This document shows positions 1-13,129 of a DNA stretch of 64,000 bases, piece after piece; position 1 is the first letter of the stretch; each line of letters opens with the position of its first letter. Under the pieces are notes generated by a model. It searched no databases, had not been told where the DNA came from, and saw only the letters and a program-made list of their open reading frames with translations. The DNA is from Camelus dromedarius (Eukaryota). The stretch lies in NCBI RefSeq assembly GCF_036321535.1, contig NC_087438.1, positions 8,992,001 through 9,056,000 of the forward strand, written 5' to 3'. The position numbers were made by a program, and so were the translations under genes.

Positions 1-581
1 CTTTCACTGGATTGTTTTGAGAATTAAATGAGCCGATACCTGAAAAGTCCTTAGAAGATTGGCCCTGAATTAGTGTTTTGTTACCTGTAATAATGACCAC
101 AATAATACTAATAACTATATATACAATATTGCATTCATTTTAGACATGATTATTATTGATTTTGAGTTTAAGAGTTATACTGATTGATTTTTTCAGTCGT
201 ATTAAATATATATGATCAATGTGGAAGAACTAACATGGCTGAAAATTTTCTAATGCAAAATACATATTGAATTGCATGAGGAAACAGATTTCTTTACCAG
301 AATGCCATATTAATTCATATACTCATTTGCCATTTCCTTTTCTCTCTAGAAGTTTTCTCAGTAAGTTATTTGCAAATCACTGAACTCTGTAGTAAACATG
401 CAACGTTTCGTTACCTGGTTCCTTTTTGTTGGGCTTTCTGCTTGAAAAAGATTATCTACCAACCTGGCCCTAATTACCATCTCTATTCTGATCACTCCCA
501 ATCTACATATCCAACTAAGAATGTGACAGAGTTAGCCATAGGGATAGAGGTAGAGATGAGGATAGATGGATAGGAGGATAT

Positions 582-631
582 GATAGACAGATAGATAGAT
601 GACAGATAGATAGATAGATAGATAGATAGAG
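582..631 (+). repeat. (GATA)n microsatellite
   Basis: Direct tandem gata/gaca units. Confidence 0.95.
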
Positions 632-1116
632 AATATGACAGGTGAATAGATGATTTGGAAGTACTTTAAAGCTAATGTGTTAAAAGTTCAATTCCTCCTT
701 TTTTTTTTTTTTCTCACCCACACTGTGCTCCTCCAGTTGCCCCTCATGAGTTATTGGGACCACACTTCCACTGAGACTTGCAACTCAGCCAGTATCATCA
801 TCCTCTCTTCTCTCTCTCTGTCCACATTCCTTACTAGTTTGTCCTAATTCCACCTTCTAAGGAATTTTCAATTTCCCCCTTCCCTCCGACTCCACCGATG
901 TTTCCGTGACTTAAGGGATAATTGTCTCCCTGTTGGTTTGCTAAAAAGACTTTTAGACTATTCTCCCTACATTTCCCAGGTTAAAAGCCATTCATAGGTC
1001 TGTGTTTTCTTCAATATAATAACGACTTTAACACTCAAACCATTATAGATACGTTGTGCATCATTTTGATTACTTTATATATCTCATTAATTATCAGTGG
1101 AAAAAAGTCTTTTGAC

Positions 1117-1390
1117 AACCTTCCAGTTATAGAATAAATAAGTCATGGGGATGTAAAATGCACCATGCTGACTGCAACTACAATTACTTTATGGCATATA
1201 TTGAAGTTGCTAGGAGTAAATCTGAAAGGTCCTCATCACAAGAAAAAAAAAGTTTGGTAACAATATACCATGACAGATGTCAACTAGACTTACTGTAGTG
1301 ATCACTTTGCAATGTATACAAATAATAAATTATCTTGTACACCTGAAACCACTATAATTTATATGTCAATTATGTTTAGTAGGAAAAGAA
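1117..1390 (+). mobile_element. L1 (L1MA-type) 3' end
   Basis: ttccagttat..aataaataagtcatggggatgta...gttgcta..agtaaatct..tcacaagaaaaa...gtacacctgaaac..tatgtcaattat, a typical L1MA8/9-like 3' UTR. Confidence 0.85.
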
Positions 1391-1439
1391 AAATATCACA
1401 CAAAAAAGTCTTAGAAGAAAAACATCATTGTGATATCAA

Positions 1440-1530
1440 CTGATAATTGAGGAAACTAAGACATGGAAAGTTTATATGATGGTCCTAGGTTATCTAGTTA
1501 GAAGGTGGTAGACAAAATCAAAGTCGCCTG
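1440..1530 (-). mobile_element. MIR SINE fragment
   Basis: gaggaaactaagacatggaaagttta... is the reverse MIR core. Confidence 0.6.
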
Positions 1531-3359
1531 GTCAGACTTGGAAGGTCGTTATTTACTTTACTGCCTGTCATGCACGACTGTGTCCTGCGTGTTGCTAATA
1601 ACTTGGCTCCTGGTGAGCCTCCCTTGATCTCCAAAACTGGGCTAGGTCTCATAGAATTCTGGACATCTGAAATCACAACACTCATTTAAGTTTTTTTTAA
1701 TATCCATGGCTGTTCTTTGTGGATCTACTTCTCTGCCAAATACTGTCTTCTCTGTGAGGGAGGAGACTGCCCAGGTCTGTTATCATTGCTTCTCCAGGGC
1801 TGGTTGCAGTGTCTGATGCACGGTGGGTGACGAGGAATTTCTGCTGAAAGAGGGAATCACCCCAAGTGACCCCTGTTCCTTTTCATGGCGATTTACCAAA
1901 TTTCCACCATTCTTTGCTATAACCATAACGCCTAGATGATTGAAAAAATGAGCTGCTCCCACTATAGTAATTTCATGCAGACTTGGTGGCTGTGGGTGGA
2001 TAGACTGCTGAAACAGTGGTCTGACATAAAATGGTTACAAATCTCTTTATATGGAAATCAGATGGGACGACCTCTTACCTCCCGCTGGAGGTTAATTCAT
2101 GGCCCCGATCTGCCCTTATCTTCAGTTCCTGCCTTTGGCTTTTGTTATTATCAGGCCAGAATTCTGTATTTGAAACTAGGTATCTTTCCGTTGCAAAATC
2201 TTTCTTTCACCTTTTACCTATTACAGATTACTTACCCCTTAAGCAAACTTTCAAAATACTCTTATTACCACATCTGCAAAGGGAAATGACTCTCTCTACC
2301 ATTCCTGGGTATTAAACCTTTCAGGATAAAACTGCTATCTGTGAAGATTTTGTCGTCTATGTATCATATATATTATATATATAATCACACATACAAACAT
2401 GTTTGCTTAAAAATCATGATTTAACCTTTTCCAAATTATAATTTAATGTTAGAGCTGCTTAAGAGAATATTAGGTTAAAAAAAAACCAGAAGTCACATGT
2501 AAGAAGCTAGAAGGAAATATGATAATTCTCATTTTACAGGTGCGGGGACCAAGTTCGAGAGAGGAGTCATAAGGAAATGCTCCTTACTGCAGTCGGTGTC
2601 CTGGGCTCCAGGGCAGAACCTTCTTGGCAGGTCACCCTGCAGCCCACCTGGGCACCCCCTGGGCCTAATGCACCCAGTTCTCAACCTTCCCCTGTGTGCT
2701 CAGTGTTGCCAGCGAGGCGCAGATTCTGGAAGGCAACGGTAGGGAGCTGGAGGGGTAGGCAAAAGAAAGGGAACTATTTCTCTTTCTTCTCTAATTTGGG
2801 CTCTTTCATGTCTGTGACGTCAGTTCAGATGTGCCCTGGGGACTGCAGCCCCACCCTAACCGCCTCCAGCTGTTTGTTTTTTGTATCTGGGCTGCTTTCT
2901 CTTCTTGGCATTCCCTCTTTCATCGGCTTTGTCAAGCTGGGGGAACTACCAATGTCGTAAATGATCATCAAGTGAGATTACTCTGGTTGGACCCTGACAG
3001 ATATCCACTTAATGTACGATTGGATTTGCATTTTGTTGGATGAAGTCGGAATTTTTTCAAGGTCATTCCAACTTGACAATCAATTGTCAAGTTTTGATGG
3101 GCTCTAACTATCAAAAGGGAAGCCAGTCAGCATTTATGACCCAATTAGAGTTTGAGGATGTTAGAGCAAACTTACAATGTGTCAAAAATTAGGGCGATGT
3201 TAAGACCAGACTCTGCACCTAGGAGTGGTGACAGCCCCAGACACTGCCACTAACAGGCCTGGCTACACGGGTTGACAGTGGAATCAGAACAAAGGGACAA
3301 AAGTGGCAACAGGTGAGCGAGAAATTGGGCAGCCTTGTCGGCATACAGAAGTGATGCCA

Positions 3360-3532
3360 AATGTTGACTCTGCACTTAAATCCTTGCAAGTGTGGGCATG
3401 CTGTTTAAACGTGTGGGTAAGCAGTTTATTCATTTGCTATGTGGTGACGTCACTGCCTACCTTCAGGGTGTTTTTTGGGATTAATATTATTTGTAAAGCA
3501 CTCGGCATGGTTTCTGACACATGATAAATGCC
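3360..3532 (+). mobile_element. MIR SINE
   Basis: cctaccttcagggtgttttttgggattaa...tgtaaagcactcggcatggtttctgacacatgataaatgc. Confidence 0.7.
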
Positions 3533-3954
3533 TGGATTTTGTGTTTAGGTTTGGTCACATTTACTACCAACAAGTGCCTCTGTTATCATGTATAATGCAA
3601 AGTGCATTTTAAGGAAGAATCAGCAGTTTTGATAACTGAATAGGTATGAGAAAAATGAGAGGCAAGAACCAAACAGTTCTTGAAGATTTTAAACCAAGTT
3701 CACTGCACTAATCATGGAGCAGATGTTAGAAATAAGGAAACCCCCAAACAAAGAGAGGAAGTATATTTTTCCGTGGTAAAATATAATGTAGTTTAAAAAT
3801 CACCTTTTCAACTTTGAAGTTTCTAGGCGACCGTTACTGAAATGCAAAGGAGAAAAAAGGGTGTTTATTTGTTGTATTTGTTGGTCCATCTTATTATTAC
3901 TTCTAAGGATCCTTTGGGCAGCTAGTAGCTTCTGGATAATCAGTGTGTCAGAAA

Positions 3955-4085
3955 AGATTATACTGCATTTTAAAGGACACTGAAAGATTAAAAGATAAGG
4001 AGGTGATAACCAGTGTGATTAAGGGTGGGAAATCATGTCATATAAGCAAAAGGTGAAGGGACCAGGGACATTAACTTTGAGAATA
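3955..4085 (+). mobile_element. L3/CR1 LINE fragment
   Basis: aaccagtgtgattaagggtgggaaatcatgtcatataagcaaaaggtgaagggaccagggacattaactttgagaa resembles the L3 3' ORF2 segment. Confidence 0.55.
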
Positions 4086-4096
4086 TTAATCTAGAC

Positions 4097-4310
4097 CAGA
4101 GTTTCTCAAGATCAGCACTATTAGCATTTCGGGTTGGAGGATTCCCTGTTTGGAAAGGGGCAGGGATGGCTGTCCTGTGCACTGTATGACATTTAAGAGT
4201 GTCCCTGCTCTCTACCTATGAGGTGGCACTATCAACACTCTCTCCTGCTACCAGCTGTGACAAACAAAATGACGTAGAGTTTGCTAAACTGCCCCTGGTT
4301 CAGAATCAGT
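4097..4310. mobile_element. MER20 (hAT-Charlie) DNA transposon
   Basis: cagagtttctcaag..gcactatt..catt..gggttgga...gctgtcctgtgcactgta...gtgacaa.caaaa...ctgcccctggttcagaatcagtg. Confidence 0.8.
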
Positions 4311-5098
4311 GGTGTAAGCCAAAATTTTAAGTATCTTTTTTGACGGAAACATTTTTTGTTTCTTGCCAAGAAGTCCTGTGTTCTAGAAGCTGCCCTTTTG
4401 TTCTTCTGAAAATTGCTCCTTGTTCTCCCTGCCCCATCTCCATCTCCTGCTCCAACTGGGGATCCCTAACAGACTTGAAATATTCAACATACCATGTTTT
4501 GTTCACATATGTTGGTCCAGGAATGAATACCTGTCACAAGTCGAAGTGATAATAATCCTTTCTCCTTCCAGGTCCAGTTGCCTTTCCCGAGGGTTACCAC
4601 TTAATCCCAGTTGTACTGATAAGAAATCCACAGTCAACTGTTTTAAACTAGATGTAAAAAAAAAGGGGAAAAAATTAAAATTTTCTTAAAGCGTTAAGAG
4701 CAATATTATGTCCCTTGCCATAAACTCATATTCTCATTAAACTCTTATTTTCTCTAGCTCATGCTAATTAAAATAGACTATGATTGTGCCATAGAATTCC
4801 CCTTATCAGAAATCAGTGGAGTTATATATTAAATAATTTAGGATACTATAATCTTACTCTATGAATAAGGTATTTAATTCTGAATCATCACTGTATGTAG
4901 GGAAATTTTACTGGTTCTATACCTGAAAAGGTAATTTAATGTGATTTATAAAAATGGGTGCATCTGGATGTGCCAACCTAATGGCAGCCAGAAGTGTTCA
5001 CCAACATCCTGAACATGGACACCAGATGGTAGTGCCAACATGATCAATGGCAAACATAGGCTCTGCACATATGTGGTGGTCCTAAAGGAAAGCCTCAC

Positions 5099-5180
5099 CC
5101 AGATAGTTTGATTGATCTATTTTGTGGATTGTGGCTCTATGTTTGATTCTCATCCTCAGATAGAACATAAAATGTCTATG
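5099..5180 (-). pseudogene. Candidate exon (HRHFMFYLRMRIKHRATIHKIDQSNYL)
   Basis: Acceptor cgtctttag, donor GG|gtgagg. 82 nt, phase-0 frame open. Confidence 0.25.
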
Positions 5181-6479
5181 CTAAAGACGTGATGCTTGTG
5201 CTGGACAAGGTCTTACATGTTCAAGGCTAGTTAATGTTAGAGTTCACAATTGAGTTGATTATTAAAACATGTATTTATATAATTAATTTAAGAAACACTT
5301 TACAACAAAGAGTTATCTGGGTTATTAGAGTAATTTAATTGCTGCAGTAGTTCCTTTGGTCTTTGTTAAAAGCTGGCATTGACCATACTAATTGGCCCTG
5401 TCACACACATAGGTCAACCCACAGTGATTAGGTACTTTGCATTTCTGAAACTTCTTAAGACAGGAAAATGTTGAACTAAAGAAAACATTAAATCGACTTT
5501 TAATTCAACTATGCTAAAATAGTTTAAAAGATTTTTAAAAATTTTTTGTTACCTGATGTTTTTTTTATTTAACATTTTCCACTTATGTTTTCTTTCTTAC
5601 TTTCTTCCTTATGCTAATTCCAGGGAAATTCAAGGATATGTTATTCCTACAAGTTTTTAGATATTTAATTCAATAGCTTGATGCAAGACACAATGAGTTA
5701 TTTTTATGACACATATTTGATATACCTGAATAATCTTTTATTACCATATAGGTAATATAGCCACTAAAAGACTACAACTCAAAAATTACCATGCTAACAT
5801 TCACAAAGCAATAAGCTTTGGTTGTGTTATAACATTTTTACAAAAACAGCACATTCTATTTTTCCTCTATACATGGATGGAAAAGAAATTATTTTAGAGA
5901 ATGTGTCCAAGGATACAATGGAACCACTAATATTTTGATTCGATGGTGACCTTTAAATCCCCAGGTTTAACAGTATTATGACTATAAAGTGAACAGAAGA
6001 AACCTTTATTTGAAAACAAGGCTCACTGAGATCATCAACCACATTTGACGAACATGCTGTATTTGCTGCAAATTAGTTTTTCAGATTGGGAAGACAGTGT
6101 TCCTATTTCATGTTTAATTATTTGCTCAGCCTCCAAAATGCAACAAAATGAGTAAAGAAAGTTTTCTTGGGGGAAAGATTTACAAAAGTTCAAAAAATAG
6201 TATTATTTATTCTTCAACATCTGTAGCCCTATTTGACACTAAGCATGCAGCAGGTACTCAATAATTGTTGAATAAATTATGTGGAATGGATGATGATTTC
6301 CCTTTATTTCTTCCTTCATATACTTGTTTAAGCTTTTTTAAATGGTCTAAAAATCATAGCAAGCAATTCATAAATCTATAATCAAATCTGATCAGCTTCA
6401 GAATGAAAAGAAACTTTTGATGTGAGATTGCCAGATTTTTTTCATTTTTCAGGAAGGATCCTGAAACAAAATATACTGA

Positions 6480-6586
6480 TCACCCAGTTTCAATTAAAAT
6501 CAAAAGTGCTTTGCTCTTTTTAGAATTAGGAAATGAATTAATCTCTTTCTCCAGGTAATAAGGACATATTTTTCTATCAATATTGT
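6480..6586 (-). pseudogene. Candidate exon ((D)NIDRKICPYYLEKEINSFP...)
   Basis: Strong acceptor ctatttctctattgttttatttcatag. ICPYYLEKEI resembles ICELYLNEQI recalled from RGSL1. Donor not defined. Confidence 0.3.
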
Positions 6587-7292
6587 CTATGAAATAAAAC
6601 AATAGAGAAATAGCAATTAAAATGTTCCAAACAAATCTCTGATACATAGTGTGAAATATCCATTTCCCATTGCCTATGATCACGTATCACGAGGTAGCCC
6701 TTTTTTATTTACCCTAATGTACTAAGGCTAACTCCTAAAATAGTAAAACGTTAAAGCAAAATAATGGGTCATCAGGAAGCAGTTCTCTAACTATACTTTA
6801 TAAAATACTGGAAGTTTTTGTATTTGTAAAAATATTTCCTTTATAAAATTGCAATAGTACAGTTCTGGGGACTGTAACACTTCTAAGCAACAGGGTCAAA
6901 ATTTTAATAATTCATGAGTATAATAATGAAGAATGGGATGTTTGAATTAGCTTTATATACTCCTGGTTTCAGGATGTAAGTATAATCCCTTTGGTGTGCA
7001 AAAGAGTTGAGTTCAAAAGGGCTATGAGTTCTGAAACAGGAAAGGACCACAGTAGACAGTGCATTTGTTTATTCATTTAATAAATAAAATTCGAGTGTCC
7101 ACCATGTGTGAATAAATATACTTATTACTGTGGATATGATAATGGTGTAGAGTAGACTGGATCCTCGTATTATAAACTCTGTCACCAGTTAGATTAGTTG
7201 TAGGTACTAAAGTAGTCCAGAAATTGAATAATTCCACCATAAACTAAGAGTGACTCCAACATTAACATCTGGTAAATAACCGTATTTTATAA

Positions 7293-7432
7293 CGGCTCTG
7301 TCAAATAAAGTAGCCACTAATCCTCATGTGACTTTAAACTAAAGTGGCCCATATTCACCTGTGCCTACTGTCATGGACAGTTCAAGTATAGTGCATTTTC
7401 ATCAATGCAGACAGTTCTATTGGACAAATGTA
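7293..7432. mobile_element. MER3/MER33-like hAT element
   Basis: ctgtcaaataaagtagccactaatcctcatgtgac...catcaatgcagacagttctattggacaaatg. Confidence 0.6.
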
Positions 7433-8149
7433 TCACTGGAACTGAGAATTCCATAAGGGTAATTCCATAGCAAGGGTAGCAATAATACCTACTTTTGGCC
7501 CAACCAGAGTACATCGGCTTAATACCCAACTAACATGGAAAAGGATGCAGCTAAATCCTAAGACAAGGATTTAAATCTGATGGAAACACACAGGAAGTGA
7601 TTCAGGTAATAGAGACATTAAACACACAAGAAGCACATACACACACACACACAAACACATCCATGCACAACACATCTAGGTCTACTTAAGTTTGAGAAAA
7701 AAAGCAAAGAAAAATAAAATCTTGGTTTTCAGTAGCACAGTTTCATTTGTGATTGTCTTTTGCCTATTGCTGTACATATATTAACAGACAAAGCTGAGAT
7801 GGGAGAGTAGAAAGTAACTGGAAAGTTCTCTATAAGTCAGAATTCCTTTGGGAACAAAATAATTAGTAGTTGGAAAAAAAGAAGGAACAGGGGTATGACC
7901 AATTTCCTGCATACAGCAGCGAAAAAAGAAACAACCCAACGAGATCTGTTCTTGAACAAGGCAAGTCTGTCCATTACAGAGATGAACTTAGGGAAAGAGG
8001 AATAATTTGGGAGACTGACATGATAACAAATATGGCACCTCCATAATATGACATCCTCCAGGTCGTCCAATCAGCTCAACTGCAAAAATATATTTAATTC
8101 CACCTAGTTCTTTCTATATCACTGGGAGAGAAACTGTTTTCTGTGGAGG

Positions 8150-8345
8150 TGACAAAGTTCAGCCAGTTGTTCTAGTTTGAATTGTTCAGGGTGAGATGCC
8201 AACCGGATACGTAGGTGGAGATGTCAGACAGGGATTCTGACACATGCGCCTGGACTTCAGAAGAGAGGTCAGGGCTGGAGATTGACAGCCTGGGTCTTAA
8301 AGGAATATATGCTACTAAAGTCCTGCTGCTAGTTGAGGGCACAGA
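8150..8345 (-). mobile_element. L2 LINE fragment
   Basis: ggtggagatgtcagacagg...cctggacttcagaagagaggtcagggctggagat. Confidence 0.65.
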
Positions 8346-8420
8346 GGTATGATAACCAAAACTGCAGAGGGATATGTAATATTATAATGCATGCGTGATA
8401 TATAGAGTACACAATATACT

Positions 8421-9063
8421 ATGCCAATACCACACTGTTTTAATTAAAATAACATTTAGAGTAGTTCGAAATCAAAAAGTGTGATGCCTTTAGCTTTGTT
8501 CTTTCTTAAGTTTGCTTTGGCTATTTGGGATCTTCTGTGGTTCCATAAAAATTTTAGGTTTGTTCTTTCTATGTCTGTGAAAAATGCCTAGGAACTTTGA
8601 TAGAGATTGCATTTTGAGAGAATTTTGCATTTTGAGAGAATTTTGATAGAAAGTGAAAATTTTCCATTTGCAACAACACGGATAGACCTGGAGGATATTA
8701 CGGTTAGTGAAATTAGTCAGAGAGAGAAAAAGCCAAATACTACATGTTTCACTTATTTTTGGAATCTATAAAATAAACAAATTTAATGTAACAAAACAGA
8801 AACAGAATTACAGATATAGAGAACAAACTAGTCATTACTAGTTGGGAGAGAGATAGGGGTAGGGAGTTAAAAGATACAAACTACTATGTATGAAATAAAC
8901 AAGGTAACATGATGTATAGTACAGTACAAGGAATATAGCCAATATTTTATAATAACTTTAATTGGAGTATAATCTATATAATATTGAATAAGCATGTTCT
9001 ATAGTTGAAACTAATATACTGTTATAAATCAACTATACTTTAATACAAAAATCAAAGAAAAAA
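8421..9063 (+). mobile_element. L1 insertion with inverted 5' part (8421-~8612 antisense ORF2; ~8650-9063 sense 3' end)
   Basis: Antisense tgccaataccacactgtttt..ctttggctatttggg..ttccata..aatttt abuts sense ccatttgcaacaacacggatagacctggagg...atcaactatactttaatacaaaa. Confidence 0.8.
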
Positions 9064-9099
9064 ATATAATTGAAATACAGAAAAGAGTCAAACAATAGC

Positions 9100-9990
9100 A
9101 TTAGAAATATAATGCAGTCTTATAAATCAAGAATAAAAGGATAGTTACCCAGTAGGAAAAAAAAATGGGCATATGGCATGAAAAAGTATTTTATAAAAGA
9201 GGAAATACATGTGGCAAACATATTGAGAAAGTTGCTCAAATTTGTTTACAGGGTAATCCCAGTAAAAACCATGCCGGTTCAATTGGTAAACACCAAGAAA
9301 TGTGACAATACAATATACTGGAGAGGATCTGAGTCAGTAAGATGACTTGTACATTATGGATAGGAGCTTAAAACAATGCAATACATTTTGTGAAATGGTT
9401 TAGCACTATATTGTGAAGACTAAAGTTCATGCACACTATGATTCAATACATTTACACGCATGCATATACCCAAGAGAATTTATAGTACCTGGACCCCAGG
9501 AAAGAGCTAAAAAGATACTGAAAAAGTCACTGCACAAGATATTTAAAAGCATGGGTGGGAGATCAACTAAAATCTTCACTGATGGAATGAGTAAATTGCA
9601 GCACACGGCCACAAAATAATCATATGCCTTATAGAAATAATTAAAATATGCCTACACTTAGCAATATGGAAGAACGGTCCTAATGCCGAGTGTGGAAAAA
9701 AGTGCCAGTTATGGAAGCATATACACTCTGTGATATTATTCTTGCAGACTTAAACAACAACTGTGAGCACTTGTGTGTGTGTGTGTGTGTGTGTGTGTGC
9801 ACACACCTTTGTATGATGTACATGCATAAATGAGAAAATAACAAGTGAGGAAATAATAATTCAAATTTCACTGAAGAGGCAGCAAAGAAAACTTAGGTAA
9901 AGAGACCTCGGTAGATACACTTAGAACAAAGTTGGATGATGGATTCGAGGATGTTCATTATATTACGAGAAACACATTTCTACATGCATA
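9100..9990 (+). mobile_element. Old L1 (L1ME/MC-like) fragments
   Basis: aaatgggca..gcatgaa..tttataaaagaggaaatacatgtggcaaacatattgagaaagttgctcaa and a downstream 3' UTR-like tract. Confidence 0.6.
9772..9799 (+). repeat. (TG)n microsatellite
   Basis: Run of tg dinucleotides. Confidence 0.95.
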
Positions 9991-10664
9991 CATGATCTCT
10001 TCTGTATTAATAGAATTCAAATTGTATCCTTTTCCAAATTAAGTAATAATCTGTATATTCTTAGTTGTCTCTATTTCTCTTCTCTTGCATTTCTTACAAC
10101 ACCTAGAATCTGAGTTTCTTAAACTGCAAAGTGAAGCTGAAATGAACTTGGTTCCTGACATAGTAAGAGAATCCTATAAGGAACAAAGAAATAGAATTTC
10201 TTTTGCTTCAAAAACAAAAACAAAAAAGAAAAGAAAAATGAAAGAAAAAGGGAATCTTCTTTAATTACTCTTTGTTCCGTAAGTCTAACTTGCTGCTTTT
10301 CTAAAGTTTCCTCAGGGAATTTGGCGGTTTGTTGAGGAAATCCAATTTCCCTCTCAGATTTTGGGGTTTTTTTTTTTGTTTGTTTGTTTGGTTTTGTTTT
10401 GTTTTACTAAATGAGTAAGTTATGTTGATTTTCGTTCTGGGGAAAATTAAGTGAAATCCTTATTAAATAATCCTTAGAATGTTTTACTTAAGTTTACATG
10501 TAACAAAAGATTTTCTAATAGAAAACATAAATTAGAAAATTATCTATTTTCAAATATGCTCTAAATGATTTTAGACTTGGCAAATATGTGTCACTTGGGA
10601 TTCTTTTCCTGACAATTGAGGAACATTTTACCAAAGTAGGTAAACAATCAGATCTTAGATTCAC

Positions 10665-10885
10665 TACTGCAGCCTAGGTTTGAAATCTAGGTTTGCCACT
10701 TAGAAGCCTTGTGATCCAAACCGAGTGAAATAACTATGTGTGCCTCAGTGTCCTCAGCTGTACAATGGAGGCAGTAATAGCGCCTACTGCCCTGCGTTGT
10801 TGTAAGAATTAAATGAATTAATAAATGGAGAGTGCTTAAAATAACTTCGGGCAATATAGTAAGTATTATAAATTATCTGCTATTT
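10665..10885 (+). mobile_element. MIR SINE
   Basis: ctaggtttgaaatctagg..gccactta...tgtgcctcagtgtcctcagctgtacaatggagg..aatagcgcctac...aattaaatga. Confidence 0.85.
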
Positions 10886-10904
10886 TTTCTCCATAGCAAA
10901 TCTT

Positions 10905-11470
10905 TTCACCCATTCAAAATTTTGTATCAAGCAAGTAATAAGTGTATGTATTATGCTAGATACCAGATATATTGATGTGAAATTCATAGTGTCTTCACAC
11001 ATGGAGATTATTCTGGTAAGGAAAGCCCTTTTGATCAGCGAATATATTTAAAAATCAGGTATTTATTTCTTATGAGAGATGATGGGATGGCTGAATGAAT
11101 TTAGTTTAGCAAGTGAGGCACAACTTCTTTGAGAAAATTCTGCTTTAGGTTGTATGTAGGAATGAAACGGAGTAAGCAAGTAGGACCAGCTATTTCCAAC
11201 AGAGTAAACCGAATGGGCGACGACCCTGATCGAGAAAAGGAAATAACAGGAAAAATGAAGTTGGAGAAAAAAGCAAGGTCAAGAGAAAATGAAAGAAGCT
11301 CAGGAAATATTTTGGAATACAGAGCGGGTAAAGTAGAAAACCATGGATGGGTTTCCTGGGGGGAAACAAGAACATGACCTGATTTATATTTTAAAGAAAA
11401 CCCGGTAGCATTTGGAGAAGGGTTTGGGAGACAGGATAGCAAGCTCGGAAGCGAGGAAACTAATTAAAAT
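10905..11470 (-). mobile_element. L2 LINE fragment
   Basis: Antisense L2 3' end (cattcaaaattttgtatcaagc...atgctagatacc) followed by a purine-rich L2-type tract (acatgacctgatttatattttaaagaaa). Confidence 0.55.
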
Positions 11471-12146
11471 GTCTTTTAATGACACCATGTTGGTCTGGTG
11501 TCCTGAAAATTTGCAGAAAACTTGATCATTTCCACAATATATAATTTGAACATAAATCATCATAGTTTAAAAAAGAAAATATATTAGTACACTGAACATA
11601 CAACATTTTTTATTCATTTTTATATGATTCCATTGTGGGACTTCTCAATTAACTTTAAGGAAATAAATAATCAAAAACCAATTTGACTCTAAAATACATT
11701 TTTTAAATAGTTTAGTTGCATATTAACTATGTATGAGGTTTTATGAATCTGTGTCCTTAAGGAATTTTAGTTGACAAAGTACATCCTAAAAGCAGTTCCG
11801 TGACACTCAGAAAATATTATGTAAATTAATAAATATTTGCTGTGAGTTGGCTACACAGACTTGTTGAAGGTGGACATTGTTCAAGTCTGTAACATACATT
11901 CAACTGTTACCTATGAGATACAACACACTTTGAACAAAATTAGGAATAAATGTTTACAGACGCACGTTATTTTTCTTCACAGGAAGTACCACTGTGTTTC
12001 TGGACATGAGTGGAAGAGATGCTTTACAACTGTGCTGGTGTTTTGCTGGACAGCAGGATGAGGTCTGAAGACACTTTGGAACTGTGGGAAGACAGAAAAA
12101 ATATTCTTGGAAACCAATCTCACTTAAAAATCATTCATATATTTGC

Positions 12147-12212
12147 TTCCCTTCCTCCCTCCCTCTCTCCCTCCCTCCCTCCCTCTCTCTCTCTTTATCT
12201 CTCTTTCCTTCT
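12147..12212 (+). repeat. (CCCT)n/(CT)n low-complexity tract
   Basis: Direct inspection. Confidence 0.9.
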
Positions 12213-13129
12213 ATGAGTCTTCTGAAGTTTTTATATACACCAGTGACTATGTTAGCTGTATCAACCGTGTTGTGCATCCATCTGCTCAGTCGAATAAAAT
12301 GAGGTGTGAAAAATACCTAGACACACATCATCGTAAAGCCTCAGACAATAGCACTGGCTATTGGTTTATGGAACATAGAGTTCGAGGACCTTAGAGGGGA
12401 ATTGTGTGAAAAAAAGTTCCTAGACTTCACCTGCCCATTAGTGTTGGGGGGCGGGGAGGCATTCCCAGATCCACGTGTTTCTTTCCATGTAGAGAAAATT
12501 GACGTAAATATGGACCTCTCTTCTTGCTCCTTTATTCATTCTATCTTAAGTCTAATTTTTAAAATCTGTTGGAAAACTGAGCAGGTATGGCTGTTTCCCT
12601 CCTTCCTTCTAGGAGGAAGCGTCACACTTGGAGGGGCAGGCGTCTCAGCCATCAGTCCACAGGCAGCCACGTGACTGGAAGAAACCTGGCATTTCTAAAA
12701 AGGTGCATGGGATTCTGCCTATTTTTGAGGTTCAGATCTCATGTTCATTTGCTTCCTACACTATGTCATGTGCTTCGTATCGATTTACATTAGGAATAAA
12801 GATTATCCCTCATCTGCCACTTTTTACATTATTTTATAATTTCTTTAGAACATGGAAGGGAAGAGGGGTGTTATTTATTGGTTCCATCAGCAGCCTCTTC
12901 ACCGTCAGTCAACTGTAAACCTGAAAAAAAAATGTACCTTCTTGTAATTAATAAAATTTACCCAATAATTTTCCAGTAGTGTTTGGGAGGAGGGAAAAAG
13001 TGGGGAGCAAAGACTGAAGTAGTTGACTCAAATGTAAGTAATCATATGATACTAATTCTGGGAACAAATGGGTGAAAAACACTTTTTTGTCATGGAAAAA
13101 GTTACTGATAAAGATGCTTTAAAAATTTA

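Noticed and set aside
2577..2960. 127-aa plus-strand ORF
   Set aside because: It starts in a MIR-like fragment, has no recognisable domain and no convincing exon structure.
11101..11442. Overlapping ORFs of 61-113 aa
   Set aside because: They lie in purine-rich L2-derived sequence.
11983..12062. Plus-strand exon-like segment after ttatttttcttcacag
   Set aside because: The donor (gtctga) is poor and no partner exons were found on that strand.
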